A stretch of DNA of 32,000 nucleotides from Nitrosomonas europaea (lineage in GTDB: Bacteria > Pseudomonadota > Gammaproteobacteria > Burkholderiales > Nitrosomonadaceae). Each line of letters begins with the position of its first letter. Within the stretch, counting starts at the first letter, position 1. The translations under genes were made by a program, and so were the position numbers. The stretch covers positions 1-32,000 of the forward strand of contig NZ_FUWK01000003.1 in assembly GCF_900167395.1 (NCBI RefSeq). The letters are read 5' to 3'. The notes under the pieces are model-generated. The model did not search any database. It was not told the DNA's origin and saw only the letters and a program-made list of their open reading frames with translations. Shown in pieces: positions 7,885-16,486 of this stretch.

Positions 7885-8598
7885 ATGCATTTGTTTTTAC
7901 GTTCATTGATTCTGCCGGGCCTGTTTTTTGCCGGAATCGTCCTGGCAGATAGTGCTGATCTGAAAGAGACCATTCAGGCCCATTTTCCGGAAAGCAAAAT
8001 TGAGAGTGTGACCCAGACCCCTTATCTGGGGTTATATGAGGTCGTGATCGACGGAGAAGTGTTTTATACAGATAAGAAGGCAGATTATTTCTTTATGGGG
8101 CATGTGGTCGATGCCAAACGACGGGTTAGTCTGACCAGCGAGCGTATGCAGCAGATCCGCGATGCGCGGCGGATCGCAATCGATACCCTGCCGCTGGAGC
8201 ATGCGATGAAAACAGTCAAGGGAAACGGGAAACGCATGCTGATCGTATATTCCGATCCGAACTGCCCTTACTGTAAAAGGCTGGAAAAAGAGCTGGTCAA
8301 TGTGACGGATGTCACCATCCATACCCTGCTTTATCCCATTCTCAACGGCTCCATGACAACGGCTGAAGCAATCTGGTGTTCTGAAGATCGGGTCAAGGCG
8401 TGGGATGATTTCATGCTGCGATCAGTTGCTCCAGCCGGCAAGGACTGTCAAACACCTCTGCAAAAATTGCTGGAATCAGGCCGGGAAAACAGGGTTACAG
8501 GAACACCTACCCTAATTTTTGCTGATGGTTCGGTGGTACCCGGGTTTATTCCGCAGCAGGAAATCGAAAAACGGCTGGATCAGGCGGCAAGTAAATAA
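7885..8598 (+). CDS. dsbC: Periplasmic thiol:disulfide interchange protein DsbC/DsbG family
   Basis: Signal peptide, thioredoxin motif SDPNCPYCKRLE, and C-terminal GTPTLIF. GGAG lies 8 nt upstream of the ATG. Confidence 0.85.
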   Translation: MHLFLRSLILPGLFFAGIVLADSADLKETIQAHFPESKIESVTQTPYLGLYEVVIDGEVFYTDKKADYFFMGHVVDAKRRVSLTSERMQQIRDARRIAIDTLPLEHAMKTVKGNGKRMLIVYSDPNCPYCKRLEKELVNVTDVTIHTLLYPILNGSMTTAEAIWCSEDRVKAWDDFMLRSVAPAGKDCQTPLQKLLESGRENRVTGTPTLIFADGSVVPGFIPQQEIEKRLDQAASK

Positions 8599-8631
8599 CC
8601 TGGTATCCGACCCGCTTACTGTTTTCTGCCG

Positions 8632-9882
8632 TTATTCCCGGTATTGTTTTGGGAGCAAAACCCACATCTGAGCCTGCTGTTTCATCTTCCCGGCCTGAAC
8701 CTGGGCTTCCGGGCTGTGCCCCCAGAAAAAATCGGCACGTACTCCGCCTTTGATGGCGCTACCGGTGTCCTGGGCGATCATCAGCCGATTGAGCGGCTGT
8801 GCTGTATTGGGCCAGGTGGTGGAAAGGTAAACCGGTGCGCCCAGCGGGACGCTTTCCGGATCAATGGCCAAGCTTCTGCCGGCAGTCAAAGGTACTCCCA
8901 GCGCGCCAACCGGCCCGGTGAGATCAGGCGGCAGTTCACGAAAGAAAATGTAACGTGCATTCTGCTGGAGCAGCGGTTTCAGTTTGGCAGGATTTTGCCG
9001 ACCCCATTGCTTGATGGCTTGCATGGATACCTTCCAGGCAGGCAGCTCGCCCCGATCGATCAATATTTTTCCGATGGAGCGGTAGGGGTATCCATTATGA
9101 TCGGCAAAGCCGATTTTTACAGTCTTGCCATCTTCCAGCACGACACGGCCGGACCCCTGTATCTGGAGAAAGAACAGTTCCACTTCATCTTCAACCCATA
9201 ACAGCTCCTTTCCTTTCAGCAGGTTGCGGTTGTTCTCGATTTCGGCACGGGTGTAGTAGGGGATGATTTTTCGTCCCTGCAGGCGACCGCGTAACGAGGT
9301 CTGACCCGCTCCGGATTGTGTGTCTTTCAGTTCGATCGTCAGCAGATTGTCCGGTGCAGAATAAATCGGGTAACGGAAACGGCTGGAGTATTTGCGGCTG
9401 CCTTTGAGCAGTGGCTCGTAATAGCCTGTTGCTAACCCGGTAGTAGTGCCGTCCGGGTTGGTCACCTGATAGGGGGCAAAGTGGTTTTCAACAAAGTTCC
9501 TGATGGCTCGTTCACTGGTAGGCCGGAGGGTAGTGGCTTGTGCGCATACTTCCTGCCAGGATGGGCGCCGTTCGAGCGATTTGCAGCTTTGTATGAAAGT
9601 ATTCCATGCCGGAATCAGGTTTTCGTGTTGCCAACCCGGCAGCATCGACCAGCTGGCAGCCTTGAGTGACTTCTTTTCTACTTTGTTTCCCATATCCAGA
9701 GCAGGTTGTGCCGGTTGTGGATCAGTGGGAATGGCAGCTACCTTTGCCGGGGGGGTAGCAGGCCGGGTGGTAATGCTCGTTTCAGTTTTGCAGCTTGTCA
9801 GGCCGAATGAAATCGAGACCAGCAGGGCGGTAAATTGGGTTTTCAGCAGATATCGGTTAAAGTAGCTGCTTTGTAAAAACAT
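8632..9882 (-). CDS. mltA: Membrane-bound lytic murein transglycosylase A (lipoprotein)
   Basis: Start chosen at M73 of the long ORF, giving a lipobox (FGLTS-C). MltA and 3D-domain motifs are present (YYEP, FFLQIQGSG, AQDTGSAIKGGVRADFFWG). Confidence 0.85.
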   Translation of the reverse strand: MFLQSSYFNRYLLKTQFTALLVSISFGLTSCKTETSITTRPATPPAKVAAIPTDPQPAQPALDMGNKVEKKSLKAASWSMLPGWQHENLIPAWNTFIQSCKSLERRPSWQEVCAQATTLRPTSERAIRNFVENHFAPYQVTNPDGTTTGLATGYYEPLLKGSRKYSSRFRYPIYSAPDNLLTIELKDTQSGAGQTSLRGRLQGRKIIPYYTRAEIENNRNLLKGKELLWVEDEVELFFLQIQGSGRVVLEDGKTVKIGFADHNGYPYRSIGKILIDRGELPAWKVSMQAIKQWGRQNPAKLKPLLQQNARYIFFRELPPDLTGPVGALGVPLTAGRSLAIDPESVPLGAPVYLSTTWPNTAQPLNRLMIAQDTGSAIKGGVRADFFWGHSPEAQVQAGKMKQQAQMWVLLPKQYRE

Positions 9883-10094
9883 TTTATCCGGAAAGAATAT
9901 GTGGGTTTTGGCACTTGAAGGAGCATTGGCGCTGGGATTGTTTATTTTTCTCATCTGGTGGACGCTTCCCCGTAAAAAAAGCAAGAAGTTGGATGATAAG
10001 GATGAAAACCGGTAGGTCGTACTTTCTGTATCGTTTGAGAACGGTAGGCCATTTTTGTTCATGATTTCTGTGCCTGATACATGCCGGTATACAG

Positions 10095-10841
10095 TCATAC
10101 CGGATTCTCCACTTCGATGAAATGATGTGCAATACTGAATTTCTGCGAGAGATGCTCACCCAGCGCCTGTATCCCGTAACGCTCGGTGGCGTGATGTCCT
10201 GCTGAAATAAAGGCCGTGCCGGATTCTCTGGCGGTATGTACATTCTGCTCGGAAATCTCACCAGTGATGAATATATCCACGCCCAGTCTGATCGCTTCCT
10301 CGAAATAGCTTTGTGCTGCTCCGGTACACCAGGCGACACGCCGGACGGGTTTGAGTGGATCGCCAATGATCAGCGGTTTACGGCCGAGCACCGAGTTTAG
10401 CAGGTTGCTTAGCTCATCGAGGCTGACTGATTCCGGAAAATGCCCGTAAGCGGCGATATTCTGTTCGCCGAAGCGACCTGCCTCCACTATTCCAAGTTTT
10501 TTTCCAAGCTGTGTATTGTTGCCCAGTTCAGTATGCGCATCCAGCGGCAAATGGTAGGCATAAAGGTTGATGTCATGTTTGATCAATGTGGCGATACGAT
10601 GACGCTTCATGCCGCGCAGACAGGCATCTTCCCCGCGCCAGAAGTAACCGTGGTGCACGATGATTGCATCTGCACGCAAACCCACTGCTGCCTGTATCAA
10701 GGCTTGTGAGGCGGTTACGCCACTGACGAGCGTTTGTATCGAAGTACGCCCTTCCACCTGCAAACCATTGGGACAATAGTCACGAAACTGCTGAATGCCG
10801 AGCAAGTCATTCAGATAATTCTCCAGCATATTTTGATGCAT
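10095..10841 (-). CDS. Nif3-family dinuclear-metal-centre protein (YbgI / GTP cyclohydrolase 1 type 2 homolog)
   Basis: MHQNMLENYLNDLL...DYCPNGLQVEG parallels the E. coli YbgI N-terminus. Also AIIVHHGYFW, LYAYHLPLDAH and SAGHHATERYG. The start at 10841 is M99 of the tracked ORF. Confidence 0.85.
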   Translation of the reverse strand: MHQNMLENYLNDLLGIQQFRDYCPNGLQVEGRTSIQTLVSGVTASQALIQAAVGLRADAIIVHHGYFWRGEDACLRGMKRHRIATLIKHDINLYAYHLPLDAHTELGNNTQLGKKLGIVEAGRFGEQNIAAYGHFPESVSLDELSNLLNSVLGRKPLIIGDPLKPVRRVAWCTGAAQSYFEEAIRLGVDIFITGEISEQNVHTARESGTAFISAGHHATERYGIQALGEHLSQKFSIAHHFIEVENPV

Positions 10842-10878
10842 AATACCTTTTCTGTTTATTTGGGATGCAGGATTTTCC

Positions 10879-12012
10879 ATGCAAAGACTCTGGCTGATTT
10901 TTACACAAACTGTAACTGTCCTCCTTGCCGTTTTTTTCGTTGTTTCGACTTTGCGTCCCGAGTTGCTGCCGTGGACTCCACGCGGGAAGCTCGCGACCAT
11001 CCGTGAAGCAACCAGGGCAAATGTCGAACAAGCGCTGAGTGCTGGCGGATTCCATACAGCGGCGGAAGTGGCAATGCCTTCCGTGGTGAATATTTTTACC
11101 AGCAAGGAAGTCAGAGCGCCTTCCCATCCATTCATGGATGACCCTTTCTTCCAACGGTTCTTTGGTGACCGTTTTGGCCCGAGAACCGAGCGCAGCCTCG
11201 GATCAGGAGTTATCGTCAGTCCTGAAGGCTATATTCTCACGAACCATCATGTGGTGGAAGCGGCCAGCGAGATTCAGGTCGCACTGATGGATGGAAGAAA
11301 CGCTGAGGCGCGCATCATCGGATCAGATCCTGAAAGCGATCTGGCTGTGCTGAAAATTGATTTGGGTGAACTGCCCAGTATTACTTTCGGTGAATCCGAA
11401 AAGGCCAGGGTGGGGGATATCGTACTGGCAATCGGTAATCCATTTGGAGTGGGGCAAACGATGACCATGGGGATTATCGGTGCGCTGGGGCGCTCTCAGG
11501 TGGGCATCAATACATTCGAGAACTTTATTCAGACCGATGCGGCAATCAATCCCGGTAATTCGGGAGGAGCGCTGACTGATACTTCCGGCAATCTGATCGG
11601 GATCAATACAGCGATTTATTCACGTTCCGGCGGTTCGCTCGGGATCGGATTCGCCATTCCGGTGGATGCTGCCAAACAGATCATGCAGCAGATCATCGAA
11701 ACGGGTGGTGTGGTACGCGGCTGGCTGGGGGTGAGCATGCAGGATCTTACTCCGGAGCTGGCTGAATCGTTCGGCTTGAAGAAAGCAGGAGGTGCACTGA
11801 TTGCCGGTGTGCTCAAAAACGGGCCGGCCGATGATGCCGGGATCAAACCCGGGGATGTTCTGGTGGCGGTAAATGGCAAACCCATCTTTAACTCGTCTGA
11901 AATGCTGAATATGGTGGCATCACTTGCGCCTGGCAAATCGGCTACCCTCACCATCCTGCGCCATGGAGGCCAGCAGGATATCCAGGTACGTATCGGTAAA
12001 CGTCCCAGCTGA
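10879..12012 (+). CDS. Membrane-anchored DegS/AlgW-type periplasmic serine endoprotease (single PDZ)
   Basis: N-terminal TM anchor. Catalytic triad context TNHHVV / DLAVLK / GNSGGAL. One PDZ domain (GALIAGVLKNGPADDAGIKPGDVLVAVNG). Confidence 0.85.
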   Translation: MQRLWLIFTQTVTVLLAVFFVVSTLRPELLPWTPRGKLATIREATRANVEQALSAGGFHTAAEVAMPSVVNIFTSKEVRAPSHPFMDDPFFQRFFGDRFGPRTERSLGSGVIVSPEGYILTNHHVVEAASEIQVALMDGRNAEARIIGSDPESDLAVLKIDLGELPSITFGESEKARVGDIVLAIGNPFGVGQTMTMGIIGALGRSQVGINTFENFIQTDAAINPGNSGGALTDTSGNLIGINTAIYSRSGGSLGIGFAIPVDAAKQIMQQIIETGGVVRGWLGVSMQDLTPELAESFGLKKAGGALIAGVLKNGPADDAGIKPGDVLVAVNGKPIFNSSEMLNMVASLAPGKSATLTILRHGGQQDIQVRIGKRPS

Positions 12013-12019
12013 TTTATAG

Positions 12020-13672
12020 ATGGATATCTGGTTTGCCGTGACAAGGCTGCCTGTCACGGTGGTGCGGTGGATTGATGTCAATTTGCTAGCTTTGGGCAGG
12101 GAGATGCGGTTCTCTTATCTGCCACCCCTGATGGTTTATCTGGCAGCCGGTATTTCCAGCCTGACCGGGATCGTTGGTACTTTCTACGTCAAGGAAAGGC
12201 TGGGGTTGTCAGCAGAATTTCTGGCAGCACTCGGCTTCTGGATGGCATTGCCCTGGGCGCTGAAAATGCCGCTGGGTCATCTGGTGGATCTGATGTGGCG
12301 CTGGAAGAGTCTGCTGGTCTATCTGGGAGCAGGATTGATCGCGACCAGTCTGCTCATCATGATCGGGTTGCTCGGGCATGATGAGGCCATGCGTGAATTT
12401 GCGCCACTGGCGCAATGGTATGTACTGGCGTCCCTGCTGGCACCTCTCGGTTATGTGCTGCAGGATGTGGTGGCCGACGCCATGACCGTGGAAGCCGTAC
12501 CACGAGTTGAGCCGGATGGTCGGCTGATCGGTCTGGAAGAACGTAAGCAGATGCATATCACGATGCAGACGCTGGGTCGTGTTGCCATTATTGGTGGCGG
12601 CGTCTTGGTTGCAGTCGCAAATGTCGTTCTCATGAAAGACGTTGCTTCCTTCTCGGATGCGGACAAGACTGCAGCCTATCTGACTGTTTATCAGCTTGCG
12701 CTCGTGATTCCATTTGTATCCGTCTGTGGAATCTGGCTGGCAGGGTGGCTGAAATGGCGTGAGCTGAAACGGCATGCTGCCCGGGGGCTGGATCGCAATG
12801 AAATCGATATTCTGCTGGGGGTGCATAACGATGCGCCTCCTGCCAACTGGTGGATACTCGGTGGTGGGCTGGCTTTTACCGTTGTTTCCCTGGGAGTCGG
12901 GCTCGTGCAGGTTTCCTATGCCGAGGAAATCATATTCTGCCTGTCGATGGCGATTGTGCTGTTTCTGATCCGGCAGCTGACTGCCGAGCTGGAAAACGAT
13001 GCGCGTAACGTTCTGGTAGGAACTGCTTTGCTGGTATTTGTGTTCCGTGCCATGCCCGCACCAGGTGCAGGTTCGACCTGGTGGATGATCGATGAGCTGG
13101 GTTTCGATCAGCAGTTTATGGCGACACTTTCCTTGATCGGTTCAGTATTGACGCTTGCAGGTATGTTTATCTTCAGGCGTTTCATGGCTGAACGATCGAT
13201 GGCTTATGTCATTGGTACACTGACTATTGCCGGTACCGTTTTGTCACTGCCGGTTATTTCCATGTATTTCGGTTTACACGAATGGACTTCGGCGCATACG
13301 GGTGGAGTCGTCGATGCCCGCTTTATCGCGGTGATCGATACTGCTCTCGAATCGCCACTGGGGCAGATATCGATGATTCCGATGCTGGCCTGGATTGCCA
13401 ATTCTGCACCTGAAAAACTCAAGGCGACTTTTTTTGCCGTCATGGCATCTTTTACCAATCTGGCTTTATCTGCTTCACAGTTGGCAACCAAATATATCAA
13501 TCAGGTGTTTACGGTCACTCGTGAGGTCAAAGATACGAAAACCGGTGAAATACTGGTTTCTGCTGATTACAGTGAGTTGGGTACTTTGCTGATTACCGTG
13601 TCGGTTTTAGGCTTCGTACTGCCCATGCTGATTGTGATAATGATCAGGTACACCCGTTTGCGCAGTGCCTGA
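12020..13672 (+). CDS. Polytopic membrane transporter (about 12 TM), BT1/folate-biopterin-like MFS type
   Basis: 550-aa hydrophobic ORF with repeated TM segments. The family call comes from general resemblance only. The start is uncertain; an alternative ATG lies near 12098. Confidence 0.6.
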   Translation: MDIWFAVTRLPVTVVRWIDVNLLALGREMRFSYLPPLMVYLAAGISSLTGIVGTFYVKERLGLSAEFLAALGFWMALPWALKMPLGHLVDLMWRWKSLLVYLGAGLIATSLLIMIGLLGHDEAMREFAPLAQWYVLASLLAPLGYVLQDVVADAMTVEAVPRVEPDGRLIGLEERKQMHITMQTLGRVAIIGGGVLVAVANVVLMKDVASFSDADKTAAYLTVYQLALVIPFVSVCGIWLAGWLKWRELKRHAARGLDRNEIDILLGVHNDAPPANWWILGGGLAFTVVSLGVGLVQVSYAEEIIFCLSMAIVLFLIRQLTAELENDARNVLVGTALLVFVFRAMPAPGAGSTWWMIDELGFDQQFMATLSLIGSVLTLAGMFIFRRFMAERSMAYVIGTLTIAGTVLSLPVISMYFGLHEWTSAHTGGVVDARFIAVIDTALESPLGQISMIPMLAWIANSAPEKLKATFFAVMASFTNLALSASQLATKYINQVFTVTREVKDTKTGEILVSADYSELGTLLITVSVLGFVLPMLIVIMIRYTRLRSA

Positions 13673-13729
13673 GATGGATGATAGATGGGTACCAATTATT
13701 GATTCAGGCATTTCTTGTAGGAGGTGTTG

Positions 13730-14176
13730 ATGTATCAGAAAATTCTGGTTCCGGTTGATGGCAGCATTACTTCCAATTCTGCTTTGCAGGAGGCAGTCAA
13801 ACTGGCGAAGCGGTTAGATGCTTGTCTTGAACTCGTATATGTTTACGAGGATGCAATCTATCTGGTCGATGAGAACTACTTCAATTACGAGGAACTGCAA
13901 AAAACGATCCACAGCAGCAGCGAGAAAATACTTGCCGAAGCTGCCGCAGTGGTCAGCGCATCCGGTATTCCAGTCGAAACCAGATTGGTTCAATCGAACA
14001 ATGAGCGGATCGCCAGTCTTCTGGTGAAAGAAGCGGAACGCTGGCAGGCAGAACTGATTGTAATCGGTACACACGGCCATTCGGGCTTCAGCCGGTTGCT
14101 GCTTGGTAGTGTGGCTGAGGGAGTGGTACGGATGGCATCGATTCCCGTGTTATTGATTCGCGGCGCCAGGGATTGA
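13730..14176 (+). CDS. Universal stress protein (UspA family)
   Basis: YQKILVPVDGS and the C-terminal GTHGHSGFSRLLLGSVAEGVVRMASIPVLLIR. AGGAGG at 13719-13724 lies 5 nt before ATG 13730. Confidence 0.85.
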   Translation: MYQKILVPVDGSITSNSALQEAVKLAKRLDACLELVYVYEDAIYLVDENYFNYEELQKTIHSSSEKILAEAAAVVSASGIPVETRLVQSNNERIASLLVKEAERWQAELIVIGTHGHSGFSRLLLGSVAEGVVRMASIPVLLIRGARD

Positions 14177-14208
14177 GGAAAATTTTCGCAGATTATCCTG
14201 ACTCGATC

Positions 14209-16401
14209 TCAGAGTGTCAGCGGATCGACATCCAGGTGCCAGCGTATTCTGCTGTGGACTGGTAATGCAGTGATACGCTGATGCCAGTCACCTAGAAATG
14301 TTTGCAAATGCCTGCGTGAGCGGGCCTGAATCAGCAGTTGAGCACGTTCCAGCCCCTTGAGCCGTGTCATGTGAGCGGGAACCGGGTCGAAAAGCTGGAT
14401 ATGAGGGTAATTCTCCGTAACGGCTGCGAGTGCAGCTGCCTGTCGTAAAAATTCCAGAGCATCTGTTAATACTGGTGCTTCTGCGCGCAATACCGCCAGG
14501 TAAACAAACGGGGGGAAACCGGCGGATCTACGTTCTTTCAGATGAGCCTGTGCGTACGCTGCGTAATCTTGCCGTATCAATGCTTGATAGAGCGGATGTT
14601 GTGGAAATTCAGTCTGAATCAGAACGCTGCCGGGCACATTTGCCCGGCCGGCACGCCCTGCCACCTGTATCAACTGTGCAAAAAGGTGTTCTTCGGCACG
14701 AAAGTCGGTACTGTAAAGTGATGCATCGGCATTGAGCGCGCATACCAGCGCGAGATTCGGAAAATCATGTCCTTTTGCGAGTAACTGGGTGCCGACCAGA
14801 ATATCCGCTTCTCCCCGGTGAATGCGATCGAGCATCTGCTGCCAGGCGCCTTTGTGGCGAATACTGTCGCGATCGACACGCAAGATGCGTGCTTCCGGGA
14901 AATGTCTGATTAGGGCTGCCTCGACCCGTTGTGTTCCGTGACCAAACGGCAGGACATCAGGATCTCCACATTGCGGGCATGCCGGTGAGACGGGTTGCTG
15001 GTCACCGCAATAGTGGCAGCGCAGTTGCCGGTCACGCAAATGGACGACCAGACGGCTGGAGCAGCGTTTGCAGGTTGCAATCCAGCGGCAGGATTTACAG
15101 AGCAATACCGGAGAATAGCCACGCCGGTTGATGAACACCAGGCTTTGCTGTTTTCTGGCAAGGCAGTGGCGCAGTGCATCGAGTACTGGTTCCGACAATC
15201 CTTCCTGAGCTGGAATGACACGTAAATCGATGCAGCGAATGGTTGGCAGTGCAGCCTGGCTGATTGCCCGTGAGTGCAGTTGCAGCAACCTGTAGCGGCC
15301 GGTGCGAGCCTGGTGATAGCTTTCCAGAGAAGGAGTGGCTGAGCCAAGAATGACGGGTATATTGGCCTGCCTGGCCCGGTAAATTGCCAGATCACGTGCA
15401 GAGTAACGCAATCCATCCTGCTGTTTGAAAGAATGATCCTGTTCTTCATCGACGATAATCAGGCTCAATTCAGGCATCGGGGTAAAGATTGCCAGGCGTG
15501 TGCCCAGAACGATTCCGGCTTTTCCCCGTTGTGCCTGCAGCCAGCCTTGCAAGCGTTCACTGTTATTCAATCCACTATGCAGGCTGACCAGTGTTGTTCC
15601 CGGGAAGCGTTTCCTGAAAACTGCTTCCAGTTGCGGGGTGAGATTGATTTCGGGAACCAGAATCAGAACCTGCTTTTGTTGTGCCAGTAATGAAGCAGTC
15701 ACCTGCAGGTAGACTTCCGTTTTGCCACTACCAGTAATGCCGTTGAGTAACCAGGGTGTAAACGTTCCGGTTCTGTCAAGGATTTCGGATATGGCCTGCG
15801 CTTGTTCAGCGGTTGGAGCAGGGGAAGATGCCGTACTGAATACAGCTTTTTCCGGCAAGGCAGTGAATTGTTCTACCCAGCCCAGATCCTTGAATTCATG
15901 CAACAGCTTGCGGGAATGCGATGACATGGCCTTACAGATTTCAGCAGTAATGATTCCATGTTCGGACAGTAAGGAGATCAACTGGCGTTTTGCCTTTGCC
16001 CGAATCGGGAGATCGGCAAGGGTGATGGATTTGCCCGTATCGGTCAATCTCCAGCTCGGGGGCTGCTCTTTCCCGGTATGTTTGAACTTCCGCAGTAATA
16101 CGGGTAAGCCATTCATGACGACCTGTCCGATCGGGTGATGGTAATAACGACTGCAGAACTCGAATAACCCGAGCAATGGTTGAGGCAGGGGAGGGGTTTG
16201 ACGGTCGATCTGACCGGCGTATTTCAGTTTGCCTTCCGGGACGGACGAGGTCTCGCAGACAGAGATGATAATCCCGGAAATTTGCCGGCTACTGAAAGGA
16301 ACACGTACGCACCGGCCGATATCTGCTGTGTCTGCATCCGGGGCGAGATAATCGAACAGCCGGTCAATCGGAACATCGAGCGCAACACGGATGATTACCA
16401 T
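14209..16401 (-). CDS. priA: Primosomal replication-restart helicase PriA
   Basis: N-terminal VALDVPIDRLFDY, Walker A GITGSGKTEVY, DEEQD box, and a Cys-rich zinc region CKSC..CKRC..CHYC..CPQC; 730 aa. Confidence 0.95.
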   Translation of the reverse strand: MVIIRVALDVPIDRLFDYLAPDADTADIGRCVRVPFSSRQISGIIISVCETSSVPEGKLKYAGQIDRQTPPLPQPLLGLFEFCSRYYHHPIGQVVMNGLPVLLRKFKHTGKEQPPSWRLTDTGKSITLADLPIRAKAKRQLISLLSEHGIITAEICKAMSSHSRKLLHEFKDLGWVEQFTALPEKAVFSTASSPAPTAEQAQAISEILDRTGTFTPWLLNGITGSGKTEVYLQVTASLLAQQKQVLILVPEINLTPQLEAVFRKRFPGTTLVSLHSGLNNSERLQGWLQAQRGKAGIVLGTRLAIFTPMPELSLIIVDEEQDHSFKQQDGLRYSARDLAIYRARQANIPVILGSATPSLESYHQARTGRYRLLQLHSRAISQAALPTIRCIDLRVIPAQEGLSEPVLDALRHCLARKQQSLVFINRRGYSPVLLCKSCRWIATCKRCSSRLVVHLRDRQLRCHYCGDQQPVSPACPQCGDPDVLPFGHGTQRVEAALIRHFPEARILRVDRDSIRHKGAWQQMLDRIHRGEADILVGTQLLAKGHDFPNLALVCALNADASLYSTDFRAEEHLFAQLIQVAGRAGRANVPGSVLIQTEFPQHPLYQALIRQDYAAYAQAHLKERRSAGFPPFVYLAVLRAEAPVLTDALEFLRQAAALAAVTENYPHIQLFDPVPAHMTRLKGLERAQLLIQARSRRHLQTFLGDWHQRITALPVHSRIRWHLDVDPLTL

Positions 16402-16420
16402 ACCGGAGATGCCCGGGCTT

Positions 16421-16466
16421 AATTTACCGGAAGAACATCGTGATCAGAATATTCTTCCGGTAAATT
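16421..16466. repeat. Perfect 15-bp inverted repeat (AATTTACCGGAAGAA / TTCTTCCGGTAAATT) with a 16-nt loop
   Basis: Read directly. It sits between the lipoprotein stop (16487) and the priA start (16401). No U-tract follows on either strand. Confidence 0.7.
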
Positions 16467-16486
16467 GATGTTTCTCAGAAATACTG

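Noticed and set aside
9883-10098. Long N-terminal extension of the mltA ORF (tracked as 8632-10098), together with the overlapping 160-aa ORF 9884-10366
   Set aside because: A proper lipoprotein signal with lipobox begins at M73 (start 9882). The extension has no signal or homology character and would overlap the Nif3 gene end. ORF 9884-10366 lies antisense or out of frame to the well-supported Nif3 CDS.
10878-10881. Back-to-back CAT/ATG giving apparently overlapping divergent start codons for the Nif3 and DegS-like genes
   Set aside because: This is an artefact of the over-extended Nif3 ORF. With the homology-supported start at 10841 the genes are 37 bp apart.
10842-11135. 98-aa N-terminal extension of the Nif3 ORF, and ORF 10807-11154, overlapping the DegS-like gene
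   Set aside because: Nif3/YbgI homology starts at MHQNMLENYL (10841). The extension runs antisense through the well-supported DegS/AlgW-like N-terminus.
12209-12826. 205-aa minus-strand ORF inside the transporter gene
   Set aside because: It is antisense to a long hydrophobic CDS, has a His/Gln/Pro-rich composition typical of shadow frames, and has no start context.
14910-16138. Antisense and alternative-frame ORFs within priA (14910-15449, 15433-15690, 15722-16138 and others)
   Set aside because: PriA is continuous and motif-complete over this span. The others are frame shadows.
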